NCBI GenBank assembly: GCA_023515795.1
Contig: JALGPX010000033.1
Coordinates: 62,001-82,625, forward strand
DNA: 20,625 bases
Source of the DNA: Amoeboaphelidium occidentale
Lineage: Eukaryota
Direction of reading: 5' to 3'
The notes below the pieces were generated by a model, which was given only the letters and a program-made list of their open reading frames with translations, did not search any database and was not told where the DNA came from. Positions 1 to 9,968 of this stretch are shown here, one piece after another (the stretch's first letter is position 1; each line of letters starts with the position of its first letter). The position numbers were made by a program, and so were the translations under genes.

Positions 1-1270
1 AGTGAAGCGATAGCTTTATCGACCATGAGATTAACAGCGGCAATAACGCTGTGATTCGTGAATAACTTTGGAAGTCCTCCTTCTTTCAAAACAGATTCAA
101 TAAACTCATCAGGTAAATCAGCTGCTAAATCTTTAACATTAGCCCACTTCTTTACTATTTCATGTAACTGTCGTATCGTTTCAAAGAGCGAATTCCAAGT
201 CCGCATGATGTCTAATCTGCGTTGAATAGTTTCGAACACCGGCTGATCAACACAAAGCTTCTTGTAAGAAGGATACATCGACTCCACAGCGTCGACCAAA
301 TGAAGAATACCTTTTAATTGCTCATTAAATGCTGTGAAATCACCGTTGAAATTTCCTTGAAAAGTCACGACAGCAGAAACCGCATCGTTAACAAAGTCGC
401 TTCTCAAAGCACTTAACCATGCAGGAACTAAAGCTATCGGCTGAGAATATAAATTTCCAATTATCCCGAAGTATAAATGGTCCCTGAACTTCTGGTGCTC
501 CACGGAATCTTGAACAGAATGATTCTGTATGCGACGCTTCTCCACAGCAACGTCTTCACCGGTCAAGTAACTTGTTAACAGTCTTTGCCATTCTAAGCGC
601 GCATCTGCATCGGCTACAGAGCTGAATGGAAGCAAAATGCTTTTCACGCCAATCTCCTCAGACAATCCAGATTTATCCTCATTCTCCCCGTCCAGCGCAT
701 CCTCAGAGGTTGTAACATAAAACTTCTTATCGAATTCAACAAAATCTTTATCATTGGAAGATATTGCTAATGAAGGCGTCGCCATGTCCGTAGCTGATTC
801 TTCCCCAAACTCAAATCCACTTCGCTCGACATACGGTGTCACATTAGAAGACTGTAACCCAGAAATGCTCTTCTCAGATCCCGGACTTAAAGAAAGCCTG
901 TGCACATTCAGAGAGCTGTCGAGGCCTAAAGCATGAGATTGCAACTTAATTAAAGATTACCAGCACTCGATCTTGTGAAAGTAGCTTGCCAGATGAACGA
1001 TTCTGACACAACCGGAACCCCGAAATCTATGGCTTCTCTTATGCTCATACTATTCTTCTTAGACTCTTCGGGTGTAGTAACCACATAAGTAGTTTCAGAC
1101 GTAAGATTATGCGTTACGGTACCTCCAAAAGATTCTATAACCATTTTGATGTCCTTCGCCTTATCATTGTCAAAGCCAAGAACGTAGAATATTTTCCCTT
1201 GAAACAGAACGTTTTCTTCCTGCTTAGGCAGCGAAATGAAGTGCATTTGGCCCGAGTCCTTTGACGTCAT
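1..1270 (-). CDS. SSK2: 5' part of an Ssk2/Wis4/MEKK4-family stress MAP kinase kinase kinase with an N-terminal BRCT domain (runs off the window; kinase domain not seen)
   Basis: Exon 1 (1270-961) encodes a BRCT-like domain (LFQGKIFYVLG...IESFGGTV...TTYVVT...GVPVVSESFIW). A 35-nt GT-AG intron (960-926) joins it in frame to an exon open to position 1. That exon encodes DARLEWQRLLTSYLTGEDVAVEKRRI, VESMYPS...RRLDIMRTW and FIESVLKEGGLPKLF, which match motifs I recognise from the Ssk2/MEKK4 N-terminal helical region. The start ATG at 1270 is assumed. Confidence 0.72.
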
Positions 1271-1300
1271 CTCTGCACAACACTTCAAGAAAATCTCCGA

Positions 1301-1465
1301 TCGTGCAGTAACTAGTCTGGTTTAAAAGGCTATTGTACCAGACAGAGGACAAGAAAGGTTATTACCACAATAGCGCTTTCTTAAGTTCATACAACGTGAT
1401 ATGCTGACTTCATTTTACAGAGCATGCACTCGTTCTGAAACGTTAAGATTACGCCGCATGCACGA
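1301..1465. ncRNA. Candidate structured RNA or cis-element with a pseudoknot or kissing loop (family unknown)
   Basis: Perfect complementary pairs 1301-1307/1459-1465, 1315-1321/1337-1343, 1351-1357/1376-1382 and 1329-1336/1367-1374. Confidence 0.3.
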
Positions 1466-1612
1466 ACTTTATAGTACTGACACGAAATATCAATACTAAA
1501 ACACGATTAACCTCACAAGATATCATGTCTGATGTTTACGAGGCGTCGTTTGATCTTGAGCTTTTTTGTAGCATCGGTTTCAAGGCTTGTTTCAATTACA
1601 ACAACGCAGGCT

Positions 1613-3944
1613 ATGGACGATGAGGATTTCATTGGTGCGTTTATTGGGTGTGCCTCAGACGATAGTGAAGGAGAAAGTGAGCAGGATGTGGCTAAAGTCA
1701 TTGTGAAGCCTAACGACGAGGTTGCTTGTGACAAGGACAAGAAGTTACAAGAGCATTTCAAGGAAGCAGCTGCTCAGAAGCACCCACAAAAGGCTCCAAG
1801 AAAGCCATCTGTTGAGAAACCTGAGTTGTTCCATATTCCGAAAGGTTGCTTTGACTGAATCTCACTTACCTTGAAGATTTGGGCGCGAGCGAAGAAGTCG
1901 ATATTAAGTTTCTTACAGGAATTATCAGAAAGGCGGAGAAATTTAAGTATAACAAAGGCAATTAATTCATGGGATGTAATTTATTGGTAGAATACGTTCT
2001 GAAAGCGAAGAATGATTTCTTTGAAGCATGCTGTAGAGCCGTTGAGCGAGAGAACAAGATGCTCATGCAGCATTATAACAAACAAGTCAGAGATTTATCG
2101 TACAAAACAGAAGAAGAAGCAGAGACCAAAAGATCGAACGTTCCTTCTTTGTTCGTAAAGGAACAGAAACCAGATGAAACACCTGCAATCGAACGTGTAA
2201 AGCATACACAAGCCGATTTCATTGAGAAAAGGACAAGAATAAGAATTGTGTAAGTTGAAGTTCGAAGTGATCATAACTTTTAGGGATAAATGCGTATCAG
2301 AGTCATTTTTGGATGAAAGGATCCAACAGCACAAGTATATTTCATTGCTGGATATTGACAGGCACATTAAAGGTGGTATAATCACGGGCGAATGGTGTAC
2401 TATTGGAGTTGTCTGCAAAGTGGAATTGAAACAAGGAAAGAAGGCTCCTTTTTTATTCGTTAGGCTATCGTTGCTTGATAAGTTCACAAGACTTACGTTC
2501 ATATTTTCTCCTGCAATGGAACAGTTCAGGTCGCTTAAAGAAGGCACCGTATTGATTCTTTGGTCTCCAAAGATTGCACCTGGTAGTGAAAAGGATACCT
2601 CTGCAGCATTAAGCATTGATAATGCCGACAGAATTTGTGAGATCGGTAAAGCAATGGATGCTGCTCGTTGCAAAGGCTTCACGAAAGGCCGGTCTTGCGA
2701 AAACATTGTTGATGGATCTGGCATAGGATACTGTGACTTTCATCTTTTTGAAGTTCAGAAGAAAATTAAAGGCAGCAGGCCGTATATGGGAATTAGTGCG
2801 CAACCAGTTGGAAAACCTGCAAACACAAATACAAAGACGGCCGGGCTTTACTATGCAGGTCCTGAAAACGTTGTGGCTAACCCCAAGTCAAATCAGAATG
2901 ATCAGTTGAAACCACAGAACGGAATTAAATCTCGTTATGAACAAAAGATAACGTAAAATTCTAGTCTAGTCAAATCAAGGTTAATATCTTAGAGAAAATT
3001 ATTTGAAAACGGGCACACATGGCGCCAGATTAGGTATTCTTGCAGAAGGCGGACAAGATATTCATCAGAAAGACGGTCTCAAACGGATAGTTAGTCAGAA
3101 AAAATCTCCCACAAAGTTCAATTCAAAGAAGGACTTCAGAGAAGCTTTTGCTGTAGACCCTGTTGAAGTCTCAAAAGAGAAACAAGTGAATTTCTCAGAC
3201 AGTGATGGTGAACCTGACATGAATGAAGTCAAAAGATCGTTTAAGGCTCCAGATCCAAATAAGTTTGAGTCAAAGAAGCCAACGAAAGAACAAATTGAAC
3301 GATTGAAAAGTAAGGCGAAAGAATTAACGGATAAGCCTGCTTTCAGAGAATCGATTGACGAAATTCTTAATCCTCGCAAGAGGTCTAGTAATGAAGAACA
3401 AGAAGGTGCAGAGAAAAAGAGAAGAATGGCACAACTGGCTGCAAAATTCAATATGGATCCTAATTCTGCGGAATTTCATAAATTGGCCAACTCTAAATCA
3501 TCTCTAGCTGAAGAATTTAACCACGAGGAACACAGAAAAATGACTGATTATCTGAAACTAGAAGAATTCAAAGAACAAGTGTCAGAAAAGATTGCAAACA
3601 TTACGGTTACACATTGTACAGCGCATTTTTGTACGAACTGCAACTTTTACTCAAGTGCGCCAGTTGCAACGTGTATTGAAAACGGACATGTGGTCACGAA
3701 AAAGACAAATGTGCCAAGAAATTCATTCATTTGTTCTAGTTGCAAGAAAAAAATCTTGCATCTGGGTCCTACTCTCCCAAAAAGATGCCAAAAGTGTAAC
3801 GGTACTCAAATACTTCCGACGAAATATGTCAAGGCAAGTTTATTATTAATTCAATTTATTTTTTAGCAAAACAAAGAATATGTTCCTGAAACTATGAAAG
3901 TTTTACCACGAGGAGTTGAGCATGGAAAATTCTTTAATTCATAA
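1613..3944 (+). CDS. MCM10: DNA replication initiation factor Mcm10 (6 exons)
   Basis: Exons 1613-1844, 1877-1957, 1991-2249, 2284-2952, 2993-3833 and 3867-3944 splice in frame. The protein has EKRTRIRIV, an OB-fold (WCTIGVV...EGTVLILWSP), a CCCH finger (CKGFTKGRSC...YCDFH), a C-terminal zinc pair (CTNC..C..H; CSSC..CQKC) and the terminal LPRGVEHGKFFNS typical of Mcm10. Confidence 0.92.
1958..1990 (+). other. GC-AG intron (33 nt) in MCM10
   Basis: AAG|GCAATT...GGTAG|AA gives the phase-1 junction needed to keep the frame; the nearby GT donor gives a stop codon. Confidence 0.75.
3834..3866 (+). other. GC-AG intron (33 nt) in MCM10
   Basis: AAG|GCAAGT...TTTTAG|CAA restores the conserved Mcm10 C-terminus. 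A weaker GT donor at 3828 is also in phase. Confidence 0.7.
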
Positions 3945-3964
3945 AATCATTGCATCACTTCTAT

Positions 3965-5949
3965 TTAGTAACCAACAGCTGCAAGTCTCTCCATTACGGC
4001 TGTGTCGACATCGTCATCTTCATGATCTTCCATATTTGGGCGTCTCGTTGTAATCGGCCTTCCCAATTCCTCAGCTCTTCTCAAAATACCGTAGTATGCT
4101 CTGCCATAAGCTCTTAAATATGATCGGACAGCATCCCATAAAGTCCACTTGCGTGCGAACTTTTTGATGGGAGGATATTCTTCCAGAATGTGTTCCAAAA
4201 ACTCAACCGAGATCATCAGAACAGAAACGAATGATAAGGCTCGAGCTGTGCATTTCTTAACATTGGTTCTCAAGCAATTTAAACCAATGACAGAGCCGCT
4301 GGGATAAACTTTGCCTTCGATGGCAATGACACCTTTTTCAACATAATAAATACCTTGTGGCTTTCCAGCAAAAACGTTGCTGTGAGGCGAGAATGCAAGA
4401 ACTTTAACACCACTAGCAAGCTCACTTACAAGCAATGGATCAAGTGCTAAGAAGGGTTCTAAATAAGGAATCTTCTCTAGAAAATGAACGAATGCGGTAA
4501 CACTAATGTATGATCTCAATTGAGTTGGCAATGATTGAAGCAATTTCGTTGTACTGGAGATTGTCTCCACGTTCTCATGATCTTCCCAATATTCCTAAAA
4601 TAAGCGACGCGATCTAACAAAATACCTGAATGCGATTCTTCAATGTGTTCTTTATCCGTAGTCTTTGGAACATATCCAAGTATGAGTCAATCCGCATTTG
4701 AGCTTCTCTTGATTTCTTGTTAACAGCAACGAAAACGTCACACAAAGTTGCTATAGAATAAACGATAAATCCAAAAATTAAAATATTCGCAAGAAATGCA
4801 TATGCGTATTCTCTATCTGTGTGAGGCTGTAAAACATCAACACTGGTTGAGCTCATTGCTATTTTGTTTGATGCCCAGTAGATGCTATACAGATAGTACT
4901 GCCAAACACCTCTAGGCCCGAAATTAATTTCCACAAAATGAGGCCATCCTATAAAAGGGTAAGATTTGTGCACAAATTCTTACCGAAGGGATCTGATGGC
5001 GAGAATTGGTCTCCAAAGAGTTTGAAACCACAGGCCAACCAATGAATCATAAAAAGCACATGAATAAAAGTCTAAACTTAGCATCAAAGATAGCATTGCT
5101 TACATTCATTAGTTGCATACTGATGGTCCGTAGATTAATTTTGCCTTTGAAATCTCTCAATTTCTTGCTAGCTTTTAGAACACGCAGTAGCTTCAAAAGT
5201 CTCGCCAACCGTAAGAATCTCAACAATCTTAACAATGAAAGGTCTTTAGTTGATGAGCCATTTAAAGAAGAGTAGAATAATTCAAACGGTATTATGGAAA
5301 TCAGATCCACCAGTAACCAGGAATAAGCGTATCGTTTCAATATCGCTTTTCGATTTGTTACAAGCCTGCCGCTCCTCTCGTCTTTGTAAGGCCTTAAGCA
5401 CTGTACGAACATATCAATTAAGAAGAGTACGTCAACTATTCTGTTCATAAAGAAAAGCACATCGACAAGATCTTGCTCCCTAAATGATACTTCAAACGGG
5501 ATCACTGTAGCAGTCCACAGCAGCAGCAATAACATAACAATATCCCAGTTTTTGATAAATTTGGAGTTATTATCCAGCAAAGGAAGCACACTATTTGATT
5601 CCGATATAACGTAATACTTATCTTCTCTCTTTGTTAAACCATCCTTGAAGTGTTCCGGCAACTGACTATAAGGGTCCTTCATTGCTCTCCATTTTATCTT
5701 TTTGCCGATATGCACTTCTTGCACAAAGAAACCCTCTTGACCATCGATCTTTTCAGGGTCGGGATCAGGAACAATGAGATCCAAGTTGTATACAATATGA
5801 TCATAGATTGACCACCAATTTCTAGTTTTGAACACAGGCAAGTATGGTTTGATCTTTTCGTAACACTGGATTGCCAATGGCTTGTATGGCTCCATGAGGT
5901 CCAAGATAGACTTGAAAGCTGAGGTTTGTTTGGTTTTCGATTCCTCCAT
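3965..5949 (-). CDS. CNBD-superfamily (CNG/HCN/KCNH-like) six-transmembrane ion channel with non-canonical pore (4 exons)
   Basis: Exons 5949-5104, 5071-4984, 4948-4626 and 4594-3965, with introns of 32, 35 and 31 nt. S1 WDIVMLLLLLWTATVIPF, S2 RIVDVLFLIDM, S3 RYAYSWLLVDLISIIPF, S4 LRLLRFLRLARLLKLLR, S5 IHWLAC, pore helix YSIYWA, C-linker LLQSLPTQLR and a CNBD-like C-terminus. Confidence 0.9.
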
Positions 5950-6009
5950 GCACACTTTGTTCAAACAAAGAACAGTTTTCTTTTGCGTCTTGATACCTCA
6001 GCCGTATAA

Positions 6010-8294
6010 ATGAGTTCTGAATATCAAAAGAATGTGGGATTTATAGGCGGTGTCAGTCTATTAGCATCCAGTATTACTGGGCCTGGTCTTGTTGTTTTAC
6101 CAACGCTGTTTCAATCGGCTGGATGGTTCTTGTAAGCTTTGCTGTATGATCATGAGGGTCTGATCAATTCTTAGCCCAACTTTGGTCTATTTTATAATGC
6201 CAGCTCTTAGTGGCCTTGGTGCACTATTCCTAATGGACAGCATGACAAAGTATCCTGGCAACGCAAAATTTCAGGTATCATGATCATAACTCTGTGGCTC
6301 AACTGTGTGTAGAAAAACATAGAGTTGACTACATTGGTCAAGCAATTCTATGGTGATAAATGGGCTTATGCGATGCAGTTATTCCTGTTCCTGTCGATGC
6401 AGGCTGTCAATATCACTTCGATCATAATTTCTATTCAGGTCATTCTGGAATCCTTTAGCGCTCACGTTTAGACTTTTGATAATCTGCTAATTCAATTATT
6501 CGGTAAAACATGTGGTTTTGGACTGTATCCTACGACGAACTGGCTTTGCGTTGATCAAGTAACTGGCTCGAATTCTCCCTTTGTAGGGAATATCATGTTC
6601 ATTACATTTGGGTTCGTAATTCTACTTCTCTTTGTGGTGCCATTATCACTCATGGACCTTACAGATAATATTCTTATTCAGTTCGGTACAGAAATTTTTT
6701 AATTAGTTTTAATTATTTAGTCTCGTTCAGCGCTACGATTATTATTTCATTACAATGGGTTGATGTGTTTGCTAAAAATGGATACAATGGTGATTTAATG
6801 CCCGCATTTGGTAATGATATGAGTCAAGTTGTTGGTACAGTGATGTTTAATTACGCTTTTGCTATGGTTATTCCATCTTGGATTAATTCTTCACACCCAT
6901 CAGTCCCTATTAAGAAAACCGTTTGGACATCTTTAATTCTAGCTACATCAGTTTACTTGTTGGTTGGTTTAACAGGAGGTGCTTCATACCGTATTCCTCC
7001 CACTTCAAACATCTTGTCGACCATTGCTAGCACGCCATTCAATAAGGGATCTGTTGCATTCTCTAACAATTTTGTGTTTCCGATATTCTCCTTGATTACA
7101 TCAATACCTGTTTACATAATTGTCATCAGAGTTAATTTGATACAATCAAAAGTGTTCGACAAAACATGGGCAACATTCTGGTCGTCCATATTTCCTTTCT
7201 TTGTGGTGATTCCTTTTCAGACTGGAGGATATGTAAATGCTTTAATGAACTGGACTTCATTGATCTTTACATCAGTTACTAACTTCATAGTGCCGTTTGT
7301 GATTTACATCTTCCTTGACAAGAGAAATATAAAATCTGACGACGATGAAGAAGATGAGGAATTGGAAATACTTGATTATGACCTTGCTATGAATTCTCTT
7401 GCAGTGAACCCAAACCATGCTCCTGTGCTAGAGCTAGAGGTTGATTACAAACTGAATGGTTCTATAATTATTCCGTCCCCTTCTTCCAAAATGATATCGT
7501 CGCCCTCAAAGATGAGTTTAGCTGCTGGCGAAAGGACTTTATTTCATTTGGCTTCCAGGATACAGGCAAAAAAGAGCATACAAAATCTGGACCAAGCAGA
7601 TACTTTTGGTAGGGATGGCGCATTGTCGTACACGTCTAGCTTGGCTAGAAAAGCTAAACTGATTCAAAGATCGAATCTATTTATCAATATGGCAGGCGTA
7701 TCAGAAGATGAAGAAGAAACTCCACAAATTGAACCAAAGAAAAAAGAGTCCTTGGTTAGGCCAATACCAATTCCTGAAATTGTCCTTACAGATGATGATA
7801 CTCCTTCTGAAAGTACTTCATTGAAGCAAGAGATTACCACTGAATTAAACATTGGCACACCTCAAGCACGAAGAAGCGGAAAATCAATAACTTTTGCGGG
7901 AACAGAGCTTGCTCGCAAGAAATCTTCAGGTCATGTTAGCATGTCAAATTACAGTGGTGATCATGTCATATCCAGAATAGCCGAAGAAGAAGCGCCGGAT
8001 TCAGAAAATTCACATCAATCTCCTAGGCAAGACCCTTACATCAAAGCTTTTGATGATATCAGATCTGAGCCATACAATTTACCGGAAGGGAAAAGAAAGA
8101 TAATTTTGCCCGAGGGAAAACAAACTAAGAAGCCGAAATTCAATCCACTTCCAGAATTTCTTCAGAAATGCATAACCCCACTACATACAGCTATGTGTGC
8201 TCTCTCATTGACGAGTATCGCTGTGTTTGGAACTATCTTGTACTGCTTTTCAGAATTAGCAAGAGGCAATAACGTCTTTGCTGTTGAGGAATAG
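6010..8294 (+). CDS. AAAP/Aa_trans-family amino acid transporter (5 exons)
   Basis: ATG at 6010; introns 6132-6174, 6275-6312, 6439-6471 and 6686-6720 restore one frame. TM1 SLLASSITGPGLVVLPTLFQSAGW and TM6 VVGTVMFNYAFAMVIPSW are family motifs, with many further hydrophobic helices. Confidence 0.88.
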
Positions 8295-8323
8295 AATAAG
8301 TTTAAAACTTAAATCGTCTATTC

Positions 8324-9611
8324 TTACAATATTTCAAAAACAGATCTTTCATATTTTAACACTGAGTCTATCACGAAGTCAGAAGTATTTAACTGAATCG
8401 GCGAAGTATCGTCGTTTTTAAGCTCCTCCAAAACTAAATTATACATAAAGTCTTCAGGGACATCATCAATTGTGCTCGTTTTGGCAGTGTTTGCTATTCT
8501 ATGCTTCACAGGAGGAGAGCTAGAAGAGTCAGTTTTTCCATGCTGATATCAAAACTTACAATAAATCTTGAGTGGGTTTCAAGTGCCGCAGTTTTTTCCA
8601 CGATTCCGATAACGAAATTTTTGCACGAGGAGCAGTAGTAGAGGGAACATTAGTTTCACCGTAACGAGTGTCTCGATAAGTTGGTATTTTGGAGGGAGCA
8701 CCATAAATTGAAGCACCGAAGGGCTTATTCACCACTGAGTTCGCCACCTGCTTTCTTGTTGCATTCATGATACTGTTGGCTTTTTCTTTTGCCATGCCTT
8801 GGTCGAGTGTACTTTCTTTTAACCGCTTCAGCTCGCTCTTTAGAAACTTGGTGGAGTTCAAAGGGATCTTCCCTGTGTAATTATTATTATTCAAGCCATA
8901 AGAAGGATCGTTTTCCATATTTTCTTCATCAAAGGAATATTCCAAGGGGTCATAAACTCTCGGAGACGGTTGATGGTAAGATTTAGCAAGTTGAACTCGC
9001 TGTTTCAAGCGTGGGTCTGATATCACCTCAGAAAATGCTCGTTTTACTGTAGGCCTCCCTCCAATAGCAGCTCGGTGTGTTTCGTTCTTCATATTTTCTC
9101 CATGCAAAGATTTCGCCATCTTTCCGTGAACAGAGCCGTTATGTTGTTGTCCGTGCTCGAACTGTGACATGTTCTTTGGAAATGTCGGTGGTCTGGAGTG
9201 CGAAATTATCCGTACATTTTCAGAATCCTCTTCAACGTCAATGACTTCCACTGTATCCACTTTCTTAACAGAAACTTCATTGCTCCACCGTTCCGTCTCA
9301 GTAACAGCAACGGCTGCAGATTCCCCTGCCAAATCCTCAAGCAAACTCATGCGCTCAATTTCAGACATTACTGAAGACATATTGGCCATCGTATCATCGG
9401 GCGTAGGATATTCTGGTGGGGGAGTGGCTTTGAGCACAGGCATTGGATGATCATGTCTCGGTCGTAATGTTCCAGATGCAATTCTGGCAGTACCATCAAC
9501 ATCTTCTCTCCCACTGGACCGATAGACGGCGGGCAATGATCTATTTGGCATAAAATTTTTGTTCCTCTGCGGAAATTGAGTTCCCTTGTCCACAGACGCA
9601 GCCAAGTTCAT
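8324..9611 (-). CDS. Hypothetical low-complexity, probably disordered protein (2 exons; 5' end uncertain)
   Basis: Long ORF 9650-8560 joined in frame by a 40-nt GTAAGT...CTAG intron (8559-8520) to exon 8519-8324. The first in-frame ATG is at 9611. No domain recognised. Confidence 0.65.
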
Positions 9612-9968
9612 TGAAACCCCAATAGTCGATGTTGATGTGTTTGAAGTCAAAAAGAAGATGGAAATTTTGATGGAGTGGGTCCTTCATAGAAGCTCACTAA
9701 TGCCTTTGAATTGCTACGAGAGGCATAATTGTTTTAAGCCATGGTATACTCTGTTCATGAGGTGTTTCGCTGCAAGTGATTGTTGCGCCAACCTTTCATG
9801 AAACATGGCCTCTACCAAGCAAACGCCATTCTTCAATTTCTAAGTACATCGCGGAACCATTCAGGCTGTCTTCAGAATTTCGAACCAATAGAAAGATCCT
9901 TTAAGGCTGAATCGAAATACCCCTTGCAACTGCGATTCTCCTTTTTGCTGAATTGAAATCACTTCGAA

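Noticed and set aside
754..936. 60-aa plus-strand ORF
   Set aside because: Antisense shadow of the MAPKKK exon.
1315..1343. Minus-strand GCCTTTTA in a hairpin loop, resembling U5 snRNA loop 1
   Set aside because: It reads GCCTTTTAA rather than GCCTTTTAC, and the loop is 15 nt rather than 11.
1301..1480. TPP riboswitch, U3 or H/ACA snoRNA identity for the structured region
   Set aside because: TPP UGAGA, U3 box A and box C, and properly placed pseudouridylation pockets are missing.
2095..2724. 209-aa minus-strand ORF and the other short antisense or off-frame ORFs in the track
   Set aside because: They lie opposite or within well-supported genes and have no recognisable motifs.
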